DNA of 64,000 nucleotides from Gemmatimonadota bacterium (lineage in GTDB: Bacteria > Gemmatimonadota > Gemmatimonadetes > Palauibacterales > Palauibacteraceae): NCBI GenBank assembly GCA_029262175.1, contig JAJCZV010000072.1:152537-216536 (forward strand), read 5' to 3'. Below the pieces are notes generated by a model that was not told the origin of the DNA, ran no database searches, and worked only from the letters and a program-made list of their open reading frames with translations. Shown here one piece after another: positions 49,700 to 60,757 of this stretch (within the stretch, counting starts at the first letter, position 1; every line of letters begins with the position of its first letter). A program made the position numbers and the translations under genes.

Positions 49700-51570
49700 C
49701 GCGTTCGCACGACGATCACTCGCGCACGCGCGCCGTTGGGCACGTTGGCGCCCGAGCTCGCGGTGAGTTCGACGGTCATGCTCGGGTGGGCCCCCGTGGC
49801 GCTAAACCGAAAATACTTTGCGGTGGAGGACAACAGGTCGAAGTTGTTCGTGGCGGAAGTACCCGTTCCCATGGCTACTCCCGAGGGGCTGAGCGGGTAA
49901 CCGCCACTGAGGACACCCGCCGCTCCCAACTCCTGGTAAAGCCGCGGCAGGTCCCATGTCGAGAACTGCACCTCGGGTGGGACCCCCGTTCCCGCATCAT
50001 CGGAGGCGGGGGCGGCGAAGTACTCCGAGAGCACGTCATCCCAGGTCGGGCTTTCGCCCGAGACCACGTTGATCGCGCGGAGGACGTTGGGAATCCCGAA
50101 CAGGTGCGTGGGCCCTCCGGTCGACAGCTCACGGAACAGCATGTCCTCGTTTGAGCCAGGGAGAATGCCGCCCGAGCCCGAAGGGCCGTATCGATCGCCG
50201 AGCCAGCGCAGAAAGGTGTATCCGTAGCCACGCGTTCCGAAATCGGCTCCCGCGACGGTCAACGCACCGACCGAATTCGGCGCAGAGAGATAGGTCTCGA
50301 CATTCGCGAAGTTGCTCACGTGGAAGTCCCCGAACACGTCGATCCCGGCTTGGCTCGCGCCGAACTCGGCGTACCCGCGGTTCGCGCGCGGCCCCAAACC
50401 GATCCGATGAAAACCGGACACCTCTTCGGCGATATGGGACATGCCTTCGTTCAGCCACGAATCTTCCGTATCGGCGAAGGTCCCGTTGCCGAGCGTCACA
50501 CGTTGTTGCGCGTTGAGCAGGTGTTGGAATTCGTGCGCCACGAGGCCACGGGCAATCTGCTTTACGAAGGCGGTCGACACGGGAGGACCGACCTCGCCGT
50601 CCGGGTCGGGAGCGATAAGCCAGATGATCTCGGCCTCGTTTCCGGACGGACAATCGACGGGGTCGGCAAGGTCCACGTTCGTGAAGAACCCGATGACGAT
50701 GCCCTGGCTTCCGGGCGGGGTCAGACGATTCACTTGGCGCGTAAAGAACGCGATCGTTCGTCCATTCCCGTCGAGATCCGCCGGGTTCCCGAAATAGGAA
50801 TGATCCACCGGGGCCACGAAGTCGTCTAGTTCAGCATCGAGATCTTGGTAGTCCGCGGCCGATAGTAGACCGGCCGCCGCCGGATCCTCGACGATGACGA
50901 AGTTCTGGCCGACCGTCTTGACCACGCCGTCGATCGGCGTCGACACCGAGCAGGACAGCGATCCACCGGGCGCCACGGCCGACGTGATTCGAACGACGTC
51001 GTTGACGCTCGGCACCGCCGCGCCCAACCCGGCGAGCGATGGGCGGAGATCGCGTGCACCCGTCGCTCTCGAGGTCTTGGCCGGCCGAGCTCCGACGCGC
51101 CGCAGTTCGTCCAGGGCCATCATCTGAAGTTCCAAATGGCGGTCGCCATCCGGCCGACGGTGAAAACCGAGCACATCAGACGCGGGCGGTTCAGATGTCG
51201 AGAACTCGCCCGACACCAACCGACCCCCCTCATCCGAAACGACATTCGCGCTTGCGGCCGATTGAGCCCTGAATCGAATGGGCGTCAGCCCATCCACGGT
51301 CTGACCGGCGCTCATGACGATCACCTGGTACTCACGGGCATCCGGCCCACCCGCGATCTCGAACGCTCGAATCGACGGGACATCCGAAAGCACGCGGACC
51401 TCTCCCGGCTGGAGGCTGAGCGAGGTTCCGATCGGCGGTGGCGGAGGCGGTGGCGGTGGCGGTCCTGGCGGGGGCGAAGTAGGTCCACCACCCCCGCCGC
51501 ACGCAGCCAGAGCGGCGCCAGAGAGCACCAAAAGAAGTCGATGGGACCAGCCGCGAGCGTTAGGCATCAT
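49696..51570 (-). CDS. HExxH…NEGxxHxAEE lipoprotein, paralog 2 of 4, with poly-Pro linker
   Basis: ORF to 51591 (GTG); ATG at 51570 gives MMPNARGWSHRLLLVLSGAALAACGGGGGPTSPPPGPPPPPPPPPPIG; GNEAEIIWLIAPDPDG, VAHEFQHLLNAQQR, WLNEGMSHIAEEV. Confidence 0.6.
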   Translation of the reverse strand: MMPNARGWSHRLLLVLSGAALAACGGGGGPTSPPPGPPPPPPPPPPIGTSLSLQPGEVRVLSDVPSIRAFEIAGGPDAREYQVIVMSAGQTVDGLTPIRFRAQSAASANVVSDEGGRLVSGEFSTSEPPASDVLGFHRRPDGDRHLELQMMALDELRRVGARPAKTSRATGARDLRPSLAGLGAAVPSVNDVVRITSAVAPGGSLSCSVSTPIDGVVKTVGQNFVIVEDPAAAGLLSAADYQDLDAELDDFVAPVDHSYFGNPADLDGNGRTIAFFTRQVNRLTPPGSQGIVIGFFTNVDLADPVDCPSGNEAEIIWLIAPDPDGEVGPPVSTAFVKQIARGLVAHEFQHLLNAQQRVTLGNGTFADTEDSWLNEGMSHIAEEVSGFHRIGLGPRANRGYAEFGASQAGIDVFGDFHVSNFANVETYLSAPNSVGALTVAGADFGTRGYGYTFLRWLGDRYGPSGSGGILPGSNEDMLFRELSTGGPTHLFGIPNVLRAINVVSGESPTWDDVLSEYFAAPASDDAGTGVPPEVQFSTWDLPRLYQELGAAGVLSGGYPLSPSGVAMGTGTSATNNFDLLSSTAKYFRFSATGAHPSMTVELTASSGANVPNGARARVIVVRTR

Positions 51571-51693
51571 CCGAGGGACGTCTCCGTACACTGGTTCGTG
51601 ACAGTTGAGCTACCCTGCGAAATCTAACGATCGGTCGGACTTGACGGGTTCCCGTGGTGGCGGTCGGACGCGAAGTGCGCCCGACCGTGAAGT

Positions 51694-53577
51694 TTAGCGG
51701 GTCCGGAGGATCGTGACTTGGCCGGCCACTCCGCCCGCCAGGTCCGCGCCCGACTGATTCGTGACCTGAATCACGACGTCGGGACTCGTCGCTGGACTCG
51801 TGATCGACACGTAGCGACCTGACGAGGCGTTCGTCGAGAAGGTCAGCACCTGATTCGTCGACGCGGTCAGAGTGACCGCGGCCGGAACCAAGGGATAGGG
51901 CCGGTCGAACGGGTTGGACATCCCGAGGTTGGACGTTTGAAGCTGTGCGTAGAGTCCGCGTAGATCCCACGTCAGAGACTGCGCGCGCGGGTCTGTGCCC
52001 GATGGCGCGTTGTCGTCGGCGACCAGGGAGGCGAGGTAAAGCGACAGCAGTTCATCCCATTGCAGATTCGAGCCCGCGATGGCCTGGAGCGCGGCCTCGA
52101 CATTTGTAATCCCGCTGACGTGGCTGGGCCCGCCACGAGAGAGCTCCCGAAAGAGCAGCTCCTCACGGCTGCCCGGTAGCGTCCCGGCGCCTGCCGGTCC
52201 GAAGTGATCGCCAAGCCAGCGAACGAACCCATATCCAAACCCGCGGAACGTGAGCGACTCGACGCCGCCGGGATCGCCACCGCTCGATGTGCCAAGGGTC
52301 ATCACCGACTCGGGCCCATCATACAAGAAGGAGGCGAAACGATCGACGTTCAACAGATGGAAGTCGTTAAAGGCGTCGAGATCCGCCTGACTCAAGGTCA
52401 GCCGATTGAGGTCGAGGTTCGATCTCGTGCCGAGACCAGCGGTCGCCAGACCCGCCAACTCTTCGGCCAGATGCGCCAACCCCTCGTCAAGCCAGGCGTC
52501 TTCCCGATTCGTGATCAGATCGCCGTTACCGATGATCGCGCGTTGCTCGGTGTTGATCAGATGTAAGAACTCGTGCGCCACCGTCGTCCGTGCGAGCGTG
52601 TTGGCAAACTCGGCGGAAATCGCCGGGCCAAACTGCGCACCCGGATCCGGACCGATGAGATAGAAAATCTCTCCCTCATTGGAGGCCGGGCACCCCGCCT
52701 TCGTGAGCAAATCGCCGGCGAAGAAGAAGCCCGCGATGATCGCGTTGCTGCCTTGAGGAGTGAACCGGTTTACTTCGGCGGTAATCAAGGCGATGACGGT
52801 TTGATTGTTATCGATGTCCGCCGGAGGGCCGAAGTAGGCGACGTTGGTCGGGTAGACCACGTTGTCGAGCTGAGTCCCGATTTCCTGATAGTCGGACGGC
52901 GTCAAGGTGCCAGCGACGTCCACATCCTCCACGACGGTGAAATTCTGACCCGCGTAGACGACCTCCCCCATGATCGTCCCGGTGTTGTTGCAGTCGGGGT
53001 TGAAATTCGAATCGATCCCGATCGAGAACGTCAACATCTCACCGAGGACGGGGGGGCGACCCGCGGCAACAGACGCAGAAACGTCGAACCCGGGGCGGAA
53101 CGGTGCAGCGCCAACGCGGGCCATTTCCTGCCGAGTGCGATCGCGGAGCACCGTCTCCATCTCCGCAGAGGAGGCTCGCATGGCGAGCTCTCGGTCCGTC
53201 GGCCCTGATCGGCGCTCGAGGACCGGTATTCGTACCGGAACCGCGTTGGCCGAAGCGCCGGCTGCGGTGACCCGTATCTGCATGGGAGTCACGCCGCCAA
53301 ACGATTCGGACGCGCTTTGCACGATCATCTGGTAGTCGCGGGCCTCGCCACCGCCGTCGAGCTGAAAGGAACGCACCTGCGCGGGGTTGGTCAGGGTGAC
53401 GATCTCGCCGACGGTCATGTCTAGGGAGATCGCGGGCGGAACGGATCCGCCTGGAGGTGGGGGAGGTGGGGGTGGGGGAGGAGGAGCCGGGGGCGGATCC
53501 GTCGCACCGCCACATGCCGAGAGGACCAGACCGACAACCGCTGCCAAGACCGTCCACCGCCCGTTCCGACCCATCAT
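51694..53577 (-). CDS. HExxH…DEGxxHxAEE lipoprotein, paralog 3 of 4, with poly-Pro linker
   Basis: 627 aa; WTVLAAVVGLVLSACGGATDPPPAPPPPPPPPPPPGG; SNEGEIFYLIGPDPGA, VAHEFLHLINTEQR, WLDEGLAHLAEEL. Confidence 0.6.
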   Translation of the reverse strand: MMGRNGRWTVLAAVVGLVLSACGGATDPPPAPPPPPPPPPPPGGSVPPAISLDMTVGEIVTLTNPAQVRSFQLDGGGEARDYQMIVQSASESFGGVTPMQIRVTAAGASANAVPVRIPVLERRSGPTDRELAMRASSAEMETVLRDRTRQEMARVGAAPFRPGFDVSASVAAGRPPVLGEMLTFSIGIDSNFNPDCNNTGTIMGEVVYAGQNFTVVEDVDVAGTLTPSDYQEIGTQLDNVVYPTNVAYFGPPADIDNNQTVIALITAEVNRFTPQGSNAIIAGFFFAGDLLTKAGCPASNEGEIFYLIGPDPGAQFGPAISAEFANTLARTTVAHEFLHLINTEQRAIIGNGDLITNREDAWLDEGLAHLAEELAGLATAGLGTRSNLDLNRLTLSQADLDAFNDFHLLNVDRFASFLYDGPESVMTLGTSSGGDPGGVESLTFRGFGYGFVRWLGDHFGPAGAGTLPGSREELLFRELSRGGPSHVSGITNVEAALQAIAGSNLQWDELLSLYLASLVADDNAPSGTDPRAQSLTWDLRGLYAQLQTSNLGMSNPFDRPYPLVPAAVTLTASTNQVLTFSTNASSGRYVSITSPATSPDVVIQVTNQSGADLAGGVAGQVTILRTR

Positions 53578-53695
53578 GTGTCCCCCTGCCTAAACCCGCT
53601 TCGTGTCCCCGGCCTCAGTGCCGGGCGCGATGTGGCCCCGCCGCAGCGAAGCCCTTTGATCCAAACGATTTGCTGCAAGTAGGGTTCCGCCGTCC

Positions 53696-55558
53696 TTACC
53701 GCGTCCGCAAAACGACAAACTGCGCTTCCGCAGACCCCGGCACAGCCCCCCCCGAGGAGGTCTTGAGCGTCAGCGAGATCCGCGGGTGCGGGCCCGGGCT
53801 CTCAAAAACAAAGTATCGGCCCGTTGACGCCAAGACGTCGAAATCCACCCCGACGTTCGTGGACTCGCTCATCGAGATGTTCGAAGAAACGAGCGGAAAC
53901 GAGTTCTTGAACGGATCTTCGGCGCTCGACTGCTGATTGAGGCCGGCGTAGGCATCGCGCAGCTGGAAGGTGGTGACTTGCGTCGACCGGGCGGTCGCCC
54001 CCGCGAGATCATCCGCGGCTGGTGCGAGCCCGTAGAGGGCGAGCAAAGTGCTCCACTCGCCGGGCGCGCCCAGACCGGCCGCCACCCGCTCGATGTTCGC
54101 TACGCCCCTGGCCCGAGACGGACCGCCGGAAGCCAAATCGCGATAGATCAACTCCTCCGCAGCCCCGCCAAGGAGGCCCCCGCCGGCCGGAGCATACTGA
54201 TCGACCAACCATCGGAGCAGCAGCCAGGAGAAGCCGCGCATCTCGAGCGACGACACGCCGCCGGGGTCCGCACCCGAGGCGGTACCGAGGGCCATCGTCC
54301 CGTTGGTATCCAACAGGTGGAAACCCGCGCGCCGGAAGTTGGCGAAGTGGAAACTGTCGAACGCCTCCGAGTTCGCGGTGAGTTCTCCGAACCCCAGGTT
54401 TTGCCCGGGTGGGAGACCCGACACCCGCAGACCGACGGCGGTTTCCGCGGAGTGGGCCAGTCCCTCGCTGAGCCACGAGTCCTCGAGGTCGGCGAAACTT
54501 CCGCCACCGATGGTCACTCGACGCTGGGCCGCGATCAGGTGCTCGAGTTCGTGTGCGGCGACCCCGATGGCCCTGGTCGTGGCGAAGGACGCAAGCACCG
54601 GATCCGAAAAGCGGCCGGAGGGATCTGCCGCCACGACGTAGAGAATCTCCCCTTCGTTGGAACCGGCGCAGCTCGCGGGGCTGGAAAGATCGCTCGGGTT
54701 GAAGAAGCCGGACACACGCGTCGCGCTACCGCGCCGGGTCACGCGGTTGACGACCGGCGTAAACATGAGCCACACGATGCCGTTGTTGTCCAGGTCGGCT
54801 GGCGCGCCAAAGTACGTCGTGTCGACGGGAAAGACCGAGTTCTCGAGGACGTCGAGCAGCGCAGCGTATTCTGACGCCGTGACCGGACCCGCGGCCTCTA
54901 CATCCTCGATGATTCCGAAGGACGAGCCGAGCGCGCGAACGACGGTGACCACGTCATGGATGCCGGCGCACTCGACCTCGAGATCGGCGGTGACGGTGTT
55001 GGTAAAGACCATCGTATCGCCGAGGGCCAGCTGCGCTCGAACCAGCGAGGCCGGCGCCCGCCCGTGCTCGCCGTTGGGTAACCGGAGAGGCTCGGCGTCG
55101 CGGAGCGCCGCTCGTGCATTGGCGCGAAATCGAAGCTCTTGCTGGGAAGCGATCTCTTCTGCCCTCGCCTGGAGATCGGGCGGAGTCACCGGCACGGTTG
55201 CCACGGCGTTCGAGACCCGGCTCGCCGACGGAAGCGGGCCCTTCGCCTCCAGTCGCAGGCTCACGCGGGCACTCGGGACCCGGCTCGCGCTTTGAATCAC
55301 CACGATGTACTGCGCTGCGGTGGGTGACGATTCGATCAGCAGCGCCGCCGCGTCGGCCCCATGGAGGGTGCAGATCTGACCCGGGCTCAGAGCCAGCGTC
55401 GGGCCGGATGGTGAGGTCTGGCTCGGGGACGAGAGGGCCGCGCAGCTCGCGACCGCCGGTCCTGTCCCATCACTACATCCATACGAGAACCCGGCAACCA
55501 TGACCCCGAGAGTCAAGGTTCGCACCGAGTTGCCGCCGCCTAGGTCAGAGAACCGCAT
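53696..55558 (-). CDS. HExxH…SEGxxHxAE lipoprotein, paralog 4 of 4
   Basis: 620 aa; signal/lipobox-like LTLGVMVAGFSYGC; SNEGEILYVVAADPSG, VAAHELEHLIAAQRR, WLSEGLAHSAETA. Confidence 0.55.
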   Translation of the reverse strand: MRFSDLGGGNSVRTLTLGVMVAGFSYGCSDGTGPAVASCAALSSPSQTSPSGPTLALSPGQICTLHGADAAALLIESSPTAAQYIVVIQSASRVPSARVSLRLEAKGPLPSASRVSNAVATVPVTPPDLQARAEEIASQQELRFRANARAALRDAEPLRLPNGEHGRAPASLVRAQLALGDTMVFTNTVTADLEVECAGIHDVVTVVRALGSSFGIIEDVEAAGPVTASEYAALLDVLENSVFPVDTTYFGAPADLDNNGIVWLMFTPVVNRVTRRGSATRVSGFFNPSDLSSPASCAGSNEGEILYVVAADPSGRFSDPVLASFATTRAIGVAAHELEHLIAAQRRVTIGGGSFADLEDSWLSEGLAHSAETAVGLRVSGLPPGQNLGFGELTANSEAFDSFHFANFRRAGFHLLDTNGTMALGTASGADPGGVSSLEMRGFSWLLLRWLVDQYAPAGGGLLGGAAEELIYRDLASGGPSRARGVANIERVAAGLGAPGEWSTLLALYGLAPAADDLAGATARSTQVTTFQLRDAYAGLNQQSSAEDPFKNSFPLVSSNISMSESTNVGVDFDVLASTGRYFVFESPGPHPRISLTLKTSSGGAVPGSAEAQFVVLRTR

Positions 55559-55693
55559 TCACACTCCTTCAGTGTTCCGTCCAACAACGCCCGCTCCCAC
55601 CCGCGCGTGACGGCAGTCGCGAGCCGGCAAACTGCTGATGACGCACCCGGACACGTCGTTAATTTCGCCGACTCCGCGACGATGTGTCCAGGA

Positions 55694-55722
55694 TGCACAA
55701 AGGCCCGGCGGGTGCCGGGCCT
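55694..55722 (-). terminator. putative rho-independent terminator downstream of groEL
   Basis: Minus strand GGCCCGGCacccGCCGGGCC followed by UUUGUG, ~55 nt after groEL stop. Confidence 0.5.
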
Positions 55723-55777
55723 TCGTGTGACCTACCCTCGCGCACAAGGTGACTTGGAACGTCACCCGAGCGAGTGG

Positions 55778-57415
<1,638 letters not shown>

Positions 57416-57471
57416 CTCTTCAATCTCCTCGGCCCGAGTCTGGGCCTATCATTCAAAACCGTTGCAAGGTC

Positions 57472-57780
57472 CTAGAGGACCGCGAGAACGTCGGCCTCTT
57501 TGACGATCAAATAGTCGTTCCCCTGGAGAGACACTTCCGTGCCTGCGTATTTTCCATAGAGAACCAGATCGCCGACCTTTACTTCCATTGGGATTCGCTC
57601 GCCATCGTCGTTGAGGCGACCCGGTCCCGCTGCTACGACGTGTCCCTGTTGGGGCTTCTCTTTCGCGGTGTCGGGGATGTACAACCCGCCGCGCATCTCT
57701 TCGGTCTCCTCGGCTGGTCGAATCACAACGCGATCCGCCATCGGGGAGATGTCCAGTTTCGTTTTCGAGGCAGTAGCCAT
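57472..57780 (-). CDS. groES: co-chaperonin GroES (Hsp10)
   Basis: ORF to 57819 but GroES-like start is MATASKTKLDISPMADRVVIRP (ATG 57780); rest ...GHVVAAGPGRLNDDGERIPMEVKVGDLVLYGKYAGTEV... Confidence 0.9.
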   Translation of the reverse strand: MATASKTKLDISPMADRVVIRPAEETEEMRGGLYIPDTAKEKPQQGHVVAAGPGRLNDDGERIPMEVKVGDLVLYGKYAGTEVSLQGNDYLIVKEADVLAVL

Positions 57781-57844
57781 CTTGCCCGTCTCTCCTTGAT
57801 CCATCCAGTGTCCACACATGTCGCCGCGAACAACCCGCGGCGTG

Positions 57845-57871
57845 TTAGCACTCCAGTCCAGTGAGTGCTAA
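57845..57871. promoter_or_regulatory. CIRCE operator (HrcA binding site), perfect 9-N9-9 inverted repeat upstream of groES
   Basis: TTAGCACTC-cagtccagt-GAGTGCTAA, exactly the CIRCE consensus, 65-90 nt upstream of the groES start codon. Confidence 0.9.
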
Positions 57872-58147
57872 CAGCGAGTCAAATATGAGGCCCCGGGCCG
57901 CTCCGATCAAGGAGCCCGAGGCACCCCCCTACTATGCACGCCGCATGCCCGATCTCCGCCCTAAAACCGGGCCTTTTTGGCAGATACGCCCACCTCGGGC
58001 AACCACTCCTGCCGACTTGACCGCCCTGCCCCTTCCCCTTTCCACGAAAAAGCCGCCAAACCGCCATGTGCCCCCAAAACGCCTGAGCCCACACCTTCGA
58101 AACCTTCACGGTCCCCCGCGCGTAGTACGGACCGAAAGGAGGCGTAC

Positions 58148-58351
58148 ATGATTCGAAAAATCTTCGGACTGTTGACCGTCGGGGTGGTGGGCTTCGCCGT
58201 AACGGGCGTCGTATTCTCGCTCGTGCTGCCGCTTGTCCTGATGGCGGTCAAAGTGATGTTCTTTGTGGGGATCGTTTACTTGATCCTGAGGATGGTCAAT
58301 CCGGAATGCGCCGAGAAGCTCAAGGAGCGCTGCTGCAGCACCAAGGACTAG
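58148..58351 (+). CDS. small two-TM membrane protein with Cys-rich C-terminus, hypothetical
   Basis: 67 aa MIRKIFGLLTVGVVGFAVTGVVFSLVLPLVLMAVKVMFFVGIVYLILRMVNPECAEKLKERCCSTKD; strong RBS aaaGGAGGcgtacATG; ORF-track version (from 57977) has an implausible Pro-rich leader. Confidence 0.5.
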   Translation: MIRKIFGLLTVGVVGFAVTGVVFSLVLPLVLMAVKVMFFVGIVYLILRMVNPECAEKLKERCCSTKD

Positions 58352-59109
58352 CCGAATAGATACCGGTCCGCGATCGCCAAACCCGTCAGGGTGAGGACCG
58401 GTTCTATTCGATCAACGGTCTTGCAGTGTGGTCCAACGACCGTCGCCAGTCCTCCGGTCGCCACGACCAAGGGCTCGTCTCGCTCCCACTCCGCCAAGAT
58501 CCGAGTCACGATCCCGTCGATGCCATCCACCACGGAGTAGAAACCGCCGCTTAGAAGGCAAGCGAGCGTGTTGGTGCCGATCACACGATCGGGCGCCTCC
58601 AACTCCACTTGCGGAAGCTGCGCGGTCGCGCGCGTGAGTTGATCGAGCGCCATCGTCGCACCTGGCGCGATCACACCGCCGAGAAAGACACCGTCCGAGG
58701 AAATACAGTCGAAGGTCGTGGCCGTGCCCAGGTCCACCACAATGGTGTTTCGCCCAAAGAGATGGGCGGCAGCCAGCGTGTTCGCGACCCGATCGGCACC
58801 CACTTCGAGCGGGTGATCCACTTCGAGACGAATGGGGACGGGGGACCCGCCCGTAAGAAAGCGAGTTTCCGCGCCGAGGGCCCGACCCACTGCGGTCCAC
58901 GCACGATTTAGGGCGGGGACAACCGACGCGATCACGATCCGCTCCGGGATCTCCACGTCGGAGCCAACCAACAATCCGCGAGCGGCAAGCGTGAGTTCAT
59001 CCCCGGTGCGGCGCCGTTCCGTTGCCAGTCGCCAGACGTGGCGTGGCTCCAACTCATCGAATGCCCCGAGCACTGTCTCGGTGTTTCCTATGTCCACCGT
59101 GAGGATCAT
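58348..59109 (-). CDS. coaX: type III pantothenate kinase
   Basis: 253 aa MILTVDIGNTETVLGAF...; ASKHA fold motifs (DLGTATTFD, GGLATVVG). Confidence 0.85.
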   Translation of the reverse strand: MILTVDIGNTETVLGAFDELEPRHVWRLATERRRTGDELTLAARGLLVGSDVEIPERIVIASVVPALNRAWTAVGRALGAETRFLTGGSPVPIRLEVDHPLEVGADRVANTLAAAHLFGRNTIVVDLGTATTFDCISSDGVFLGGVIAPGATMALDQLTRATAQLPQVELEAPDRVIGTNTLACLLSGGFYSVVDGIDGIVTRILAEWERDEPLVVATGGLATVVGPHCKTVDRIEPVLTLTGLAIADRYLFG

Positions 59110-59159
59110 CGTGTCTCCCGGACGGGTTCGGTTCGCCCCTTAGGACCGAACGTCAAAAC

Positions 59160-59954
59160 TCATGCGTTCATCGACCGGATTGAGCCGGCCACCACGCGTC
59201 GCAACGCACCCCGCGCCGGACGCAGCAACAAGGCGCCGTCCGGTGCGATACCGGCGGCGATTCCCTCGACGGGCTCAGCGGATCCGATCTCGTGTCGGAC
59301 CTGTCGGTTCCGAAGCCAATCGAGCCCGTCCAATTCCTCGAGCGCCGCTTCGTCCAGCGCGTCGGGCGGGCTGTGGAGTCTTCTTTCCAGTCCACGAAGC
59401 ATCGCATCCGCCGCCTCGACCAGATCGATCTTCTCGGACAGCTCGTCCAACGCGACCGCGCCGGTGAGCGCAGCCGGCAGCCGCTTCGCATGAACGTTGA
59501 CGCCCACACCTAGGATAAGCGTGCCTCCACCGTCGGGTCCTTGGCTGGCCTCTGCGAGAATCCCGCCCAGTTTTCGATCGCGCGCCATGAGATCGTTTGG
59601 CCATTTGATCGAGACTTCGGTGGAGCCAAGAGTCCCATTGAGCGAACGGGCGACATCGATTCCAGCGAGGATCGTGACGAGTGGCGCCACCGTCCGTCGC
59701 TCGGGTCGGAACAAGACGCTCATGTAGACCCCGGCTTGCTCCGGCGAGATCCAGGTGTGTTCCCCTCGTCCCCGACCCGCTGTCTGCGTCTTGGCCAAGA
59801 CGACGGTACCGCTAGGAGCATCTTTTTCGGCCCACTCGCGCGCAACTTCATTCGTGGAAGCGATCGCGCCGTACACGTAGACGCTTTTGCGCTTCCAACG
59901 CTCGCGCAGGTCGGCGACGCTGGAGCCCCCCCATCCTTTTGCTTGGCGCGTCAT
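59160..59954 (-). CDS. birA: biotin--[acetyl-CoA-carboxylase] ligase (BirA catalytic + C-terminal domain; no N-terminal HTH)
   Basis: ORF to 60602 is antisense overlap; BirA part starts ATG 59954 (MTRQAKGW...); motifs QTAGRGRGEHTWISP, KWPNDL. Confidence 0.8.
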   Translation of the reverse strand: MTRQAKGWGGSSVADLRERWKRKSVYVYGAIASTNEVAREWAEKDAPSGTVVLAKTQTAGRGRGEHTWISPEQAGVYMSVLFRPERRTVAPLVTILAGIDVARSLNGTLGSTEVSIKWPNDLMARDRKLGGILAEASQGPDGGGTLILGVGVNVHAKRLPAALTGAVALDELSEKIDLVEAADAMLRGLERRLHSPPDALDEAALEELDGLDWLRNRQVRHEIGSAEPVEGIAAGIAPDGALLLRPARGALRRVVAGSIRSMNA

Positions 59955-59959
59955 CAACG

Positions 59960-60757
59960 TTACCTCAAAGTCGGCCAGATCGCGGCCGCCGCCAGATAGG
60001 CGAGGCCCACGGTCCAGCAATAGTACGCAAACCGATGGAACGTCTTTCGCTCGAGCATGGCCAAAAAGATACGGATCGCCACGACCCCCGAAGCGGCGGC
60101 GGCAACGAAGCCCAGGGCGAGTGGCGCTGGTCCAATGCCGATCCCCGCTTCCGCGATCTGCGGGATCTGAAGAACGGCGGCGCCTCCGATCGCGGGGATC
60201 GAGAGTAGAAACGAGAATTCCGCCATCCGAGTCGCCTCGATCCCCATTGCGGTCCCGGCGGCCAATGTGCTTCCCGATCGCGAGATGCCGGGCAGGATCG
60301 CGATGGCCTGAGCTACGCCGATTCCGAACGCCTGCCCCGCGTTGGGAGACTCTCTGCGAGCTCTTGGCGCGAACCAGCGGATGGACCATACGAGAAATCC
60401 GGTGACCAAAAGAAACGCCGCGGCGAAGACGGGTCGCTCGAAGATCGGCTCCATCACATCGCCCAACCCCACCCCAACGAGGCCGGCCGGCACGGTTGCC
60501 ACCACCAACAACCCCAAGTAGGCCAGGCTGGCTCGGTCCGCTCGAATGGCTCCCCCCAGTAGTCGAAGGAGCGTCGCCCGATACACCCAGCAGACCGCGC
60601 ACAGCGTAGCAAGATGGACAGCAATCTCAAACAGGACCCCGGGCAGATCGATGCCCATGAGCGCCTGGGCGATCACCAAATGCCCAGAACTCGACACGGG
60701 TAGAAACTCGGTGATCCCCTGGATGACGCCGAGGAGGATCGCTTCGAGAAGCGTCAT
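59960..60757 (-). CDS. uppP: undecaprenyl-diphosphate phosphatase
   Basis: 265 aa; MTLLEAILLGVIQGITEFLPVSSSGHL, ISRSGSTLAAG; 8 TM. Confidence 0.9.
   Translation of the reverse strand: MTLLEAILLGVIQGITEFLPVSSSGHLVIAQALMGIDLPGVLFEIAVHLATLCAVCWVYRATLLRLLGGAIRADRASLAYLGLLVVATVPAGLVGVGLGDVMEPIFERPVFAAAFLLVTGFLVWSIRWFAPRARRESPNAGQAFGIGVAQAIAILPGISRSGSTLAAGTAMGIEATRMAEFSFLLSIPAIGGAAVLQIPQIAEAGIGIGPAPLALGFVAAAASGVVAIRIFLAMLERKTFHRFAYYCWTVGLAYLAAAAIWPTLR

Noticed and set aside
59955-60602. N-terminal 216 codons of ORF 59160-60602
   Set aside because: Antisense to uppP; BirA homology begins at ATG 59954.
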